NCBI GenBank assembly: GCA_963828255.1
Contig: CAWHDZ010000017.1
Coordinates: 96,001-160,000, forward strand
Reading direction: 5' to 3'
DNA length: 64,000 bases
DNA from: an uncultured delta proteobacterium
GTDB taxonomy: Bacteria > Myxococcota > Myxococcia > Myxococcales > Anaeromyxobacteraceae
Each line of letters starts with the position of its first letter. Position 1 is the stretch's first letter. The position numbers and the translations under genes were made by a program. Below the pieces are notes generated by a model. That model saw nothing but the letters and a program-made list of their open reading frames with translations. It ran no database searches and was not told the DNA's origin. This document shows positions 17,150 to 29,400 of this stretch, piece by piece.

Positions 17150-19861
17150 ATGCGGAACCACAGCCAGATCGTCGCCGGACTCGCCCTTGCCGGGCTGCTC
17201 GTACTGCCCGCCCCGGGAGCGGCCGGACCACCCGTCCCCAACGTCATCCGCACCGTGGACGTCGTAGACCGTGACGGCGGCGTCGAGGTGGAGATCCGGG
17301 CCACCCGCGCCCCCAGCTACACGGTCTTCAAGCTCCAGGATCCGCCGAGGCTGGTGGTCGACGTGTCGGGAGGGGACGTCTCCGGCGTCGCCTCTCCCGT
17401 CCGCGTGGACCGCGGCGGCGTCGCCTCGGTGAGCACCGCCCAGTACCAGGACGAGAAGACCAGCGTCGGCCGGGTGGTCATCGCCCTCGACCCGTCGGCG
17501 CGCTACGAGGTCGCCCCCCAGGGCGAGACCGTCCGCGTGAAGGTCCTGACCGGCGTGGCCTCGCGCGACGCCCAGCCTGCCGCCCCCGTTGCCCAGGTGG
17601 CCGCCCCGGCGTCCGAGCCCGCCCCCCCGGTCGCCACGCTCGCCGTGGCCGCCGTGGCCGCCGAGCCGGTCCAGGCAGCTCCCGCCCCGGCCTCCGGGAG
17701 CGTTGACAACGTCGTCTACCGGCGGGTCGACGAGGCGAGCCCGAGGTCCCCCGCCAGCGCCGTGACCGGCGTGAAGGTGGAGGGCGACCGGCTGGTCGTC
17801 CAGACCAACGGCGCGGTGGGGACCTTCGAGGTCATCGAGCTCACGAACCCGCCGCGCGTCGCCATCGACCTTCCCGGCGTGCAGAAGGCTCCCCGGAAGG
17901 CGCTCTCCGCGGGCGCGGGCTTCACCCAGGTCCGCTTCGGCCGCGACGATGCCAAGGTGCGCGTGGTGCTCGACGCCGCAGACGACGTGACCGGCGTGGA
18001 GGTCAAGCGCACGGCCCAGGGGCTGTCGGTCCGCACCGCTGCCGCCGTGGCCCGCTCGCAGGCCCCTGCGCCCATCCAGGCCCAGGCGCCGGTCGAGGCC
18101 CCGGTCCTCCCGGCTGCACCGGCCGCTCCCGTCCTCGCGTCCATCAAGGACCTCAAGGTGAGCCAGTCCGGCACCACGGCCCGCATCGAGGTGTCCGGAC
18201 GGGTGGAGCACGCCATCTCCCGCCCCGACCCCCGCACCATCGTCCTCACGCTGGAGGGCGCGAAGCTTCCCGCCCGCCTCGAGCGCTCCGTGGACACGAG
18301 CGGCGTCTCCGGGCCGCTCCTCATGGTCTCCTCCTTCAACCAGCCGTCGGGCAAGGTGCGGGTCGTCGTCACGCTCCGCGGCGAGGCCAGCGACCAGGTG
18401 GTCGAGACCTCGAAGGGGCTCGTCTGGACCGTGGTCTCGGGCCAGGGTGAGCGGCACGCCGCCGAGGAGGCCCCCGAGGTCACCGCGGCCGGCACCGCCC
18501 AGGCGGCCGGCTTCGGCGCCGCGGCCCCCGACTACGCGCTCCTCGGCGCGCCCGGCCAGAAGCAGTACACCGGCCAGCGCATCACCCTCGAGTTCCACGA
18601 CATCGAGGTCAGGAACCTGCTCCGCCTCCTCGCCGACGTGTCGAAGAAGAACATGGTCGTCGCCGACGACGTGGGTGGGAAGATCACCGTCTCGCTGCGC
18701 AACGTCCCCTGGGACCAGGCCCTCGACATCGTTCTCCAGTCGAAGGGGCTCGGCAAGCAGGAGATGGGCAACGTCATCCGGATCGCCAAGTACGACGTCA
18801 TCGCCAAGGAGGAGGCGGCCAAGCTCGAGGCCCAGAAGAACCGCCAGATCCTGCTCCCGCTCAAGGTGCGCATCATCCCGGTCAACTTCTCCACCGCGAG
18901 CGAACTCTCGCGCCAGGTGAAGGACGTCCTCACCGACCGCGGCACGGTCAGCATCGACGAGCGGACCAACGTCCTCATCGTGAAGGACACGCAGGAGGCC
19001 CTGGCCCGCGCCGAGGGGCTGGTGCGGAACCTCGACACCGAGACCCCGGGCGTGCTCATCGAGAGCCGCATCGTCGAGGCCAACTCCAACTTCACCCAGG
19101 CCCTGGGCGTCCAGTGGGGCGGCAACTTCGGCTGGAGCCCGGCCACCGGCAACGGGATCCCCGTCTCCTTCCCCAACACCATGCAGGGCACGGGCGCCGC
19201 GGGCCAGGCGCCCAACCAGGGCGTCGGGACCACGCCCAACTACGCGGTCAACCTCCCCGCCCCCATCGGCCAGGGCTCGGGCGGCGGCATCGGCCTGGTC
19301 CTCGGGTCCGCCAACGGCGCATTCAACCTGAACCTCCGGCTCACCGCGCTGGAACGCAAGGGCATGCTGAAGACCATCTCCGCTCCCAAGGTCGCCACGC
19401 TCGACAACAAGGAAGCCACCATCTCCCAGGGTCAGTCGATCCCGTTCTCCCAGGTCTCGGCCTCGGGCGTGAACACCACCTTCGTCGAGGCGCTGCTCGA
19501 GCTCAAGGTGACGCCTCACGTCACCGCCGACGGCTCGATCCTCATGAAGATCAAGGCCACCAACAACAAGCCGGATCCGAGCCTCACCGGCGCCAACGGC
19601 CAGCCCTCCATCACCAAGCGGCAGGCCGAGACCACCGTGCTCGTGAAGGACGGCGACACCACCGTCATCGGCGGCATCTACACCCGGACCACCGCCGCCA
19701 TCACGAGTTCGGTGCCCTTCCTGGGGGACATCCCCATCCTCGGATTCTTCTTCAAGTCGAAGACCGAGTCCGACGACCACACCGAGTTGCTCATCTTCAT
19801 CACCCCGCGTGTGCTGAACCGCCAGGCTGCGGTGGGCGGCGTCACGCCGGTGGCGAACTAG
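17150..19861 (+). CDS. pilQ: Type IV pilus secretin PilQ with N-terminal AMIN domains
   Basis: PPRLVVD/PPRVAID AMIN motifs, VPWDQALD, DERTNVLIV, VPFLGDIPILGFFFK, ELLIFITPRV. Confidence 0.95.
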   Translation: MRNHSQIVAGLALAGLLVLPAPGAAGPPVPNVIRTVDVVDRDGGVEVEIRATRAPSYTVFKLQDPPRLVVDVSGGDVSGVASPVRVDRGGVASVSTAQYQDEKTSVGRVVIALDPSARYEVAPQGETVRVKVLTGVASRDAQPAAPVAQVAAPASEPAPPVATLAVAAVAAEPVQAAPAPASGSVDNVVYRRVDEASPRSPASAVTGVKVEGDRLVVQTNGAVGTFEVIELTNPPRVAIDLPGVQKAPRKALSAGAGFTQVRFGRDDAKVRVVLDAADDVTGVEVKRTAQGLSVRTAAAVARSQAPAPIQAQAPVEAPVLPAAPAAPVLASIKDLKVSQSGTTARIEVSGRVEHAISRPDPRTIVLTLEGAKLPARLERSVDTSGVSGPLLMVSSFNQPSGKVRVVVTLRGEASDQVVETSKGLVWTVVSGQGERHAAEEAPEVTAAGTAQAAGFGAAAPDYALLGAPGQKQYTGQRITLEFHDIEVRNLLRLLADVSKKNMVVADDVGGKITVSLRNVPWDQALDIVLQSKGLGKQEMGNVIRIAKYDVIAKEEAAKLEAQKNRQILLPLKVRIIPVNFSTASELSRQVKDVLTDRGTVSIDERTNVLIVKDTQEALARAEGLVRNLDTETPGVLIESRIVEANSNFTQALGVQWGGNFGWSPATGNGIPVSFPNTMQGTGAAGQAPNQGVGTTPNYAVNLPAPIGQGSGGGIGLVLGSANGAFNLNLRLTALERKGMLKTISAPKVATLDNKEATISQGQSIPFSQVSASGVNTTFVEALLELKVTPHVTADGSILMKIKATNNKPDPSLTGANGQPSITKRQAETTVLVKDGDTTVIGGIYTRTTAAITSSVPFLGDIPILGFFFKSKTESDDHTELLIFITPRVLNRQAAVGGVTPVAN

Positions 19862-19870
19862 GAGACGGCC

Positions 19871-20542
19871 ATGAAGACCCGAAACCTCGCCGCCGCCGTC
19901 CTCGCCCTCGGTCTCTCGGCCTGCGCGGCCGAGTACAGCGCGGTGGGCATCCAGGCCATCTGCGCACCCCCCGATCCCGACACGACGTCCGGCGCCTGCG
20001 TCTACCCCGCCACCTGTGACGCCACCTTCGCCGGGACGCCGGTGCTCGACGTCGCCACCGCCATTCTCGACTTCCGCCTGCCGCTCCAGATCAACAACCT
20101 GCTGGAGGACAACTCCAGCGGGCCGGGCCGCATCAACACCAACGACGCCTTCATCCAGTCCTTCGAGATCACCTACGACGGGGCCTCCCTCCAGCCGTGG
20201 AGCGTCCCGGCTGCGGTCACCGTCCCCACGGCCGGCTCGTCGGGAGCCCTGGTGAGCCTCATCCCCTCCCAGTACTTCGCCTCCATCCCCGCGGCCGGCG
20301 GCGCCGCCCGGACGAAGCTCCTCGTCAACGTCCGTGCGCTCGGGATCCTGGCCTCGCAGAGCAGCTTCACGACGGCCTGGTTCGCAATCCCCGTGGATGT
20401 CTGCTCAGGATGCCTCGACTTCGTCCTCTGCCCGGATTCGACCACAGTGCTCGCCACCTGCCCCTCCACCGCCCCCGGCCAGTCGTCGCCCGGCCAGAGC
20501 GCAAGCTTCACCTGCATCGCCGCCGCCGCCGCCCGCCAGTGA
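19871..20542 (+). CDS. Cys-rich lipoprotein of unknown function
   Basis: AGGAG RBS, lipobox LSAC, 8 further cysteines; 9 nt after pilQ. Confidence 0.8.
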   Translation: MKTRNLAAAVLALGLSACAAEYSAVGIQAICAPPDPDTTSGACVYPATCDATFAGTPVLDVATAILDFRLPLQINNLLEDNSSGPGRINTNDAFIQSFEITYDGASLQPWSVPAAVTVPTAGSSGALVSLIPSQYFASIPAAGGAARTKLLVNVRALGILASQSSFTTAWFAIPVDVCSGCLDFVLCPDSTTVLATCPSTAPGQSSPGQSASFTCIAAAAARQ

Positions 20543-20558
20543 CCTGCCGCGCCACGCC

Positions 20559-20587
20559 TTGACGGCAGGTCGGGGCGGGGCTACAAG
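20559..20587 (+). promoter_or_regulatory. sigma70-like promoter upstream of mglC
   Basis: TTGACG-N17-TACAAG; overlapped by the inverted repeat GACCTGCCG/CGGCAGGTC. Confidence 0.45.
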
Positions 20588-20652
20588 TGCCGCGGCTCGT
20601 CGAGCCACCGCCCGTAACCACGGGCGTTTTTCCTGGAGAAGGGCGGACCGGC

Positions 20653-21012
20653 ATGGGCTTCCGGGAGCACTTGCAGGAGGTCTGCAGGGGCGTCGACGGC
20701 GCCATCGCCTGCTCGCTCATGGGCATGGACGGCATCGAGGTGGACGGCCACGTCCAGGCGGACGCCGGGGTGGACGTGCAGTCGATGATGGTCGAGATGA
20801 CGGGAATCCTCGGCACGGCCCGCGACGCCGCACTGGCCCACCAGGCCGGGGGGCTCGCCGAGTTCAGCCTGGGAACCGACAAGCTCCTGACCGTCGGCCG
20901 CCTCGTCTCCCCCGATTACTTCATGGTGGTGGCGCTCAGGCCGGACGGGAACCAGGGCAAGGCCCGGTATCTCCTCCGGATCACGGCGCCCCGGGTGCTC
21001 GCCGAGCTGTAG
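20653..21012 (+). CDS. mglC: Roadblock/LC7 protein, MglC-like polarity regulator
   Basis: MGFREHL...ACSLMGMDGIEV...GNQGKARYLLR, 119 aa; same position between the pilQ lipoprotein and efp as M. xanthus mglC (recalled synteny). Confidence 0.75.
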   Translation: MGFREHLQEVCRGVDGAIACSLMGMDGIEVDGHVQADAGVDVQSMMVEMTGILGTARDAALAHQAGGLAEFSLGTDKLLTVGRLVSPDYFMVVALRPDGNQGKARYLLRITAPRVLAEL

Positions 21013-21078
21013 GCGTCGCCCCGGCGGCCCGTTTCACGGGCGGCCGACCCGAACGTTGAACAAGAGGAGCACACGGAC

Positions 21079-21651
21079 ATGGGAGACACACTCGACACCA
21101 GCGCCTTCCGGCGGGGGCTCAAGATCGAGATCGACAAGGAGCCCTGGGAGATCGTGGAGTTCCAGCACGTGAAGCCGGGCAAGGGCAGCGCCTTCGTGCG
21201 CACCCGCATCAAGAATCTGTTGACCGGCCGGACCATCGACAGGACGTTCAAGTCCGGCGACGTGGTGGGGAAGCCCGATCTGGAGGAGAAGGAGATGCAG
21301 TACCTCTACAAGGAAGGCGACCACTACAACTTCATGGACAACAGGAACTACGAGCAGACCTTCCTGACCGAAGAGCAGATGGGCGACGCGAAGAACTTCA
21401 TCAAGGACAACACCACCACCCAGGTGCTCTTCTTCAACGGCAAGGCGATCGGCATCGAGATCCCCAACGCCATGGACCTCAGGGTGGCGAAGTGCGACCC
21501 GGGCGTCCGCGGCGACACGGTCTCCGGCGCCACCAAGCCGGCCATCCTCGAGACCGGCTACATGGTCAAGGTGCCGCTCTTCATCAACGAGGGCGAGATC
21601 CTCCGCATCGACACCCGGACCGGCGAGTACCTCACCCGCGTGGCCGGCTAG
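21079..21651 (+). CDS. efp: Elongation factor P
   Basis: [36 protein letters not shown]. Confidence 0.97.
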   Translation: MGDTLDTSAFRRGLKIEIDKEPWEIVEFQHVKPGKGSAFVRTRIKNLLTGRTIDRTFKSGDVVGKPDLEEKEMQYLYKEGDHYNFMDNRNYEQTFLTEEQMGDAKNFIKDNTTTQVLFFNGKAIGIEIPNAMDLRVAKCDPGVRGDTVSGATKPAILETGYMVKVPLFINEGEILRIDTRTGEYLTRVAG

Positions 21652-21689
21652 GCCGGCCCCCAGACCACCACCCCCGAGCAGGAGGCACG

Positions 21690-22220
21690 ATGGCGAGCAA
21701 GAAGGCGGACGGCGGCAAGGAGCAGACCAGCGGAGGCTTCACGCTCGGTGACGTGACCAGGCTGGTGGACTCGCTGGAGGGCAGCGACGTCCGCACCCTG
21801 GTGTGGACCCGCGGCGGCGAGAAGGTGATCATCCGCCGCGGCCCCGTCCCGGTGAGCGTGGCGGCCCCGGCCGCGGCGCCGGTCGCCCTGGGCGCGCCGG
21901 TCGTGCCGGTGGCGGCTTCCCTTCCCGCCCCGGCTGCCGCGCCCGCCCCCAAGGCGGCCGAGAAGGCCCCGGAGAAGCCCGGCCACATGGTCTCCTCGCC
22001 CTTCGTGGGCACCTTCTACCGGGCCCCCTCGCCCGACTCGCCGGCCTTCGTGGACGTGGGGTCGGTCGTCAAGAAGGGGCAGGTGCTCTGCATCGTCGAG
22101 GCGATGAAGCTCATGAACGAGATCGAGGCCGAGGTGGAGGGCAAGATCGTCGAGATCTACGTCCTCAACGCGACCCCGGTCGAGTTCGGCGAGAAGCTCT
22201 TCCGCATCGAGCCGGCCTAG
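21690..22220 (+). CDS. accB: Acetyl-CoA carboxylase biotin carboxyl carrier protein
   Basis: [13 protein letters not shown] and EAMKLMNEI biotinyl-lysine motif; Ala/Pro linker; AGGAGG RBS. Confidence 0.95.
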   Translation: MASKKADGGKEQTSGGFTLGDVTRLVDSLEGSDVRTLVWTRGGEKVIIRRGPVPVSVAAPAAAPVALGAPVVPVAASLPAPAAAPAPKAAEKAPEKPGHMVSSPFVGTFYRAPSPDSPAFVDVGSVVKKGQVLCIVEAMKLMNEIEAEVEGKIVEIYVLNATPVEFGEKLFRIEPA

Positions 22221-22228
22221 GGGGCCCC

Positions 22229-23593
<1,365 letters not shown>

Positions 23594-23638
23594 TCGGAAA
23601 ATCAACTGGGATTACGCGATCCTGGATACCTGGCGCCC

Positions 23639-23667
23639 TTGACCACGCTCGACCCTTTCGCTACGCT
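23639..23667 (+). promoter_or_regulatory. sigma70-like promoter upstream of sgmX
   Basis: TTGACC-N17-TACGCT in the 153-bp intergenic region. Confidence 0.5.
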
Positions 23668-23746
23668 CCCACCGCTCCCGTTCCGGACCAGCGCCACCCC
23701 CTGCAAGGGAGTGGTCGGCTAGCCCCGACGCGAAACGGTCTCTTCG

Positions 23747-26394
23747 ATGGCGGTCGACAAGAACAAGATCGTCGCCGAGGCGACCCGATTCGTCCAGAAG
23801 GGGCAGTACGACAAGGCCATCAAGGCCTACGAGAAGATCCTCGCCGAGGACAAGAAGGAGGTCCGCATCCTCCTCAAGATCGGCGAGATCCAGCAGAAGA
23901 AGGCGGACAGCCCCGGCGCGGCCAGCACCTTCAACAAGGTGGCCGAGATCTACGGCGAGCAGGGCTTCTTCCTCAAGGCGGTGGCGGTCTACAAGCAGAT
24001 CGCCAAGCTCACCCCCGACGACGTCCGGGTGAACGAGAAGCTGGCCGGCCTCTACCAGCAACTGGGCCTCCTCAACGACGCCACGAACCAGCTCCAGGCG
24101 GTGGCCACGGCCTTCGAGAAGGCCGGCGACCAGGGGCGCCACCTCGACGTGCTCCGGAGGCTCCTCGACCTCGACCCGGAAAACGTCCTCACCTGCCAGC
24201 GTCTCGGCGACCTCTACGCCAAGGCCAACCGGGGCGCCGAGGCCCTCGAGCTCTACCACCGCGCCGCCGCCCACCTCCGGGAGAACAAGCGGGGAGACGA
24301 GTACGTCAAGCTCGCCGAGCGCATCTTCGCGCTCACGCCCGACGACCTGAAGCTCGCCAAGGAGCTGGCCCAGGAGTACCTGGCCCGGGGCGAGACCAAG
24401 AAGGCCCTCGGCAAGCTCCAGATCTGCCACGGCTCCGACAAGCAGGACGTGGACACGCTGCGTCTCATGGCGCAGGCGTTCCGCGACCTCGGACAGGTGT
24501 CCAAGACCATCGCCGTCTACCGCGCCCTGGCCCGGGTCTACGCCGAGCGGGGGCGGCGCGACGAGGCGGCCCTCACCTGGCGCATGGTGCAGGAGCTCCT
24601 CCCGGACGACCCCGAGGCGAGCGAGGAGCTCGCTGCGAGCGGCCAGGCGCGCCCGCCGGCCCCGACCCGTCCTGGCGAGCCAGCGGCGGCGCCCCGCCCC
24701 CCGGACCCGCGCCGCCCCGGGAGGAAGCCGCCCCGTCCCGGCCCGTCGCCCCGCGCCCCCCCGAGACGCGAGTGGCTCCTCCGCAGGTGACGCGCCCGCA
24801 GGTCGCCGCGCCGGTCCCGGCACAGAACCCGGTCGACCGGATCCTCACCGAGACCGACGTCTATCTGAAGTACGGCCTGCACCAGAAGGCGCTCGACCAC
24901 GTCGAGAAGCTCCTCCTGACCGACCCGGAGAACCCGGACGCCCTGGAGCGGATCCGCGACATCCGCGAGGCGCTGGGAAACAGGGAGGGGGCCGCCGAGG
25001 CGGCCGAGCGGGCGGTGAGGTCCCTGCTGGAGCGAGGCGAAGAGGGGCGCATCGCCCACGCCATCGAGCGGCTGCGCCAGCTCGACCCGGGCCACGCGCT
25101 GGCCGGCGAGATGCCCCCCCCCGACGACGAGCATCCGGTCGCAGTCCTGGACGCGGTGCCGGACGACGCCTCGCCCGACCCGGAGGCCGTGGTCGACGAG
25201 CAGCCGCCCGCCGTTCCGGAACCCGGGCCCGACGCGCCCGTCCTGCGCGCGGCGCCCGACGAGGACGCCCTCAAGGCCGTGACCGGGCCGGAGGGCCCGG
25301 CGCCGGTTCCGGACGACGAGTCCCCGGCCGCCATCGACGCTTACGCCAACCTGCCGGCGGTCCTCGGCGACGATTCGCCGCTTCCCGTGGACGACACGGG
25401 AACCGGGATCGGCGTCGGTGTCGCGGCGCCGGATCTCCCTCCACTCGACGTGGAGATCGACGAGGTGGAGCCGGACGCCGTCGAGCAGGTCGCCGTCGAG
25501 CAGGTGGCGCCCCGCACCCCGCCCCCGCTCGTGCTGGTCCCCCCGCCGCTCCCGGAGCGAACCTGGGAGCCCCTCGACGCCGAGATGGAGGAGGTCGGAT
25601 TCTACGAGCGGCAGGGGCTCCTCGACGAGGCGCTCCTGGCCATCCGGGAGCTTTCGGCTGCCCATCCCGGCCACCCCACCGTGGAGGAGGCCCTGGCCCG
25701 GATCGAGCAACTGGCCGCGCTCGAGGCCGCCGAGGAGCCCGCCGCCGACCAGCCGGCGTCGCCGGTGGCCGGGGCGGGCATGGACCGGTACGGCTCCACC
25801 GGGACGACGGGAATCTTCGACCTGGGGGCGGAGCTCTCGGCCGAGCTCGGGCCGGAGCTCACGCCCACGCCCACCGGCGAGTTCCAGTACTCCGTGGCCG
25901 ACGTCTTCGACCAGTTCAAGAGGGGTCTCGAGAAGACCGTCCGGCCGGACGACTCGGCCACCAAGTACGACCTGGGAATCGCCTTCCAGGAGATGGGGAT
26001 GCTCGACGAGGCGCTCGAGCAGTTCCGCTCCGCCCTGGCCGGAGGCGACCGCCGCCGCGAGGTCGAGATCCTGAACATGATCGGGACCTGCCTCGGGCTG
26101 AAGGGGCGCCCCGCCGAGGCGATCGAGGCCTATCTGAAGGCCCTCGACTCCGAGTTCCTCACCGATGAGGCCGCCAAGGCGCTCCACTTCGAGCTCGGGG
26201 TTGCCCACGAGGCGCTGGGGGACCCCGACGTGGGGCTCTGGTACTTCCAGAAGGTCGCGCAGGGCGATCCCGGCTACCGGGGGGTGGCGGACAGGGTCTC
26301 GAGCCTCGGCGGCGGTCACGGCGTGGCCCCCGGTCTCGGGCAGAATGCCGACGGCCGGCCGGCCCCGTCCGGGAAGAAGGCGCGAAAGCGCTAG
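23747..26394 (+). CDS. sgmX: SgmX-like TPR protein (T4P polar activator), frameshifted (-1 near 24692-24702) in this sequence
   Basis: N-terminal TPRs (DKNKIVAEA...YDKAIKAYEKIL). The middle ETDVYLKYGL and C-terminal TPRs (YDLGIAFQEMG) are in another frame; 2648 nt = 3n+2. Follows accC as in M. xanthus. Confidence 0.75.
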
Positions 26395-26436
26395 AGCGGA
26401 GTTGGCGCACGAGCCCCGGAAGGTGAGAATGCGCCA

Positions 26437-29400
26437 GTGAAGCGGCGCATCGCACTCGGGTTCCTGGCCTTCCTGGCGGCCACCATCGGTGGAGCGCTCT
26501 GGCTCGCCTCGACTCCCTGGGCGGGGCGCAAGCTGTGCGACCTGGCCACCACCAAGGCCCGCCAGGCGGCCGGGGTGGAGGTCGCGGTGGGGGCTTGCCG
26601 GGTCAAGCCGCTCCGGCTCGCCATCGAGCTCGACGAGGTGCGGGTCGGTCCCCTGGAACGGCCCATCTTCGCGGCCGACGCGGTCTCGGTCAAGATCGCG
26701 CCGCTGCAGGCGCTCTCCAAGACCATCGCCCTCGACGAGGTCTCGGTCGTGCGACCGCGGGTGAACCTGGTCCTCCCTCCGCCGGTAGCGGGCGCGAAGC
26801 CAGCCCCGTGCCCGCCGCCGCTCCTCCAGCAGTTCCACCTGCACCGCCTCCAGGTCGAGGACGGGACCGCCAGCATCACGCTGCCCGGAGGGGAGGAGAT
26901 CCTGGTGGGGCGGGTGGACGTCCGCTCGAAGTCGGAGTGGATCCCCACCGACGTCGAGTCGCTCGTCACCGGGGCCCGGCGCAGCCGGGTGACGGTGCAG
27001 CTGGGCCCGACCCTGATCGAGGCCGGCGGACGGCAGACGCTGCTCGACCAGGGCTCGCTCGACGCCGATCTGGCCTTCGACCTGTCGCGACTCTCCATCC
27101 GCGACTTCGGGCTCGAGGGGGAGGGCGTCAAGGTCTCGGCCCACGGGACGGTCGGCAACCTGTGCAAGCCCAGGCTCGGGCTGGAGATCACGGCCCAGGC
27201 GCCGCTCCCGGCCATCTTCTCGCTGGCGCGCGTCCGGACCCCCTCCTCCGGGAGCGCCAGCGTGAAGCTCCAGGTGTCCGGTCCGGCCGCCTCGCCCGAC
27301 GCCGCCGGACAGCTGCAGCTCTCGGGCGCCCGGATCGGTCCCTACACGCCCGGCGACGCGCGGGCTGCCTTCCGGCTCCGGGGAAACGACCTCGAGCTCT
27401 CGTCGGTCGAGGTGCCGTTCCCGAACGGCGCGGGCATCGTCGCCCGGGCCACGGTGCGGCTGGGAGCCTCCCCCACCATCGTCGCCGAGGCCGAGTCCCG
27501 GCAGGTCGAGTTCGCCGAGCTGCTCTCCCGGCTCGGGCTCACCGACGCCCGGGTCATGATGAAGCTCGACGCCAAGGTGAAGCTCTCCGGGCCGCTCTCC
27601 CCGCTGCGGCTCACCGGGCAGGTCGCGGTGGACGCGCAGGACTTCCGCGTCATCGATCGCTCCTGGGTGATGTGGAAGCCGGGGCTGGAGACGGTCCTCG
27701 ACCTCCCGCGTGGTCGCGTCGAGGCGTCCGTCGTCGTGGACGAGCACGGCGTCGAGGTCCTCGAGGGCGGCAAGGCCATCGCCGGCGACGCGGCGCTGGG
27801 GGTCCGCGGCACGGTCTCCTTCGAGGACGCCCGCGGCTTCGACCTCGCGCTCGACGGGGGCGTGGACCTCACCGCGCTCCGCCACATCGCCAGCGTGCCC
27901 ATGGCCGGCAAGGGCACGTTCAAGGGGCGCGCGGTCGCCACCCCCTACGGGCCGCCCCGCGTCGAGGGTGCGCTCACCGTCCAGGGGTTCCACTTCCTGC
28001 AGCTCGACCTGGGCGAGGTCACCGCCACCGCGCTCGCCACCCCCGACCTGGTGCTCGCGATCCGGGACGGGGTGGGGCGCACGGCCGAGAGCAGCTACAC
28101 GGTCGAGACCACCATCGACCTCGGGTCCACCCCCATCCGCATCCTGCCCTCCCAGGCCACCGCCCGGGGGCGCATGCGCGACCTCTTCGACGTGGTCATG
28201 CCCTGGCTGCCCGCCGCGAAGCTCTTCCAGGACGCCATCGACGGGAGCGTCCAGCTCACCATGCCCTTCGAGGGTTTCGTACCCAAGGTGAACATGGCCT
28301 TCCAGGGCACGCTGGGCAGGGGGAAGCTGTGGGGCCGGGAGTTCGACTGGGGGCGCATCGGCGCCCGCGTCGTCGAGGGGGAGAAGGCGGTCATCGACGA
28401 GACCGAGCTCCACCGTGGCGAGGCCGTGGCCAGGGGCAAGGGGACGGTCCACTTCGAGTCCCCGTCGCCGTGGAACCTGTCGATGGAGTTCACCGGCCTC
28501 TCGCTCGACGGGCTCGACCTCCCCGGCGACGGCTGGAGCGGGACGGTGGACGGGGACGCGGAGTTCGGCGGCACCGTGGACGACCCGGTGATCCGCTTCT
28601 CGGCCACCGGCGACGAGGTCCGGGCCATCGGTGTCCCCATCGGCGCGGTGGACGCGGAGGGGGTCCTGCGCGGCCGGCGGCTCGAGCTCGAGGCCGGGAC
28701 CGCGGGTGTGAAGTTCCGGGCCATCGCCCAGCTCACGGGCGCCATGCCCTACGAGGCCTCGGCCGACATCGACGTCGAGGATCTGACCCGCTTCCTGCCG
28801 GGGGGGCCGCCAGCGGGCCTTCGCGCCCAGGCGCACGGGAAGGCCTCCGCGAAGGGAAACCTGGAGGACGTGCTGGAGTCGCAGGCCCGGCTCGAGCTCG
28901 ACCGGGTCCGCGTCGGGTACGCCGACTTCCGGGTGGGCAACAAGGAGCCCATGGTGCTCACCGTGGTCCGGCAGCGCATGGCGGTCGAGTCCTTCACGCT
29001 GGAGGGGACCAACACCGAGTTCACGGCGACCGGGGCTCGGGCCCGCTCCGGGGAGCTCGACTTCACCGCCGCCGGGACGCTCGACCTCCGGCTGCTGGGC
29101 GGCCTCCTCCCCGGCATCGTGAGGACCCACGGGCGGCTCACCCTGGATGCCGCGGTCTCCGGGACGCTCGACGAGCCCATGATCGTCGGGGGCGGCAGGC
29201 TGGCCGAGGCCGGATTCCGCTTCCGCGAGCTTCCCATCGAGTTCGCCGGGATGGCCGGGGAGCTCACCTTCTCCCAGAACCTGGTGCTCTTCGAGCGGCT
29301 CGCCTCCACCGTCAACGGGGCGCCCACGCAGCTCCGCGGCGAGGTGGGGCTGCAGCGCTTCGTCCCCAGCCAGATCCGCATCGAGGCCGACCTCGACCGG

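Noticed and set aside
21022..21046. Hairpin between mglC and efp as an intrinsic terminator
   Set aside because: A stem is present (GCCCGT-TTC-ACGGGC, extendable) but there is no U tract, and such stems are common at this GC content.
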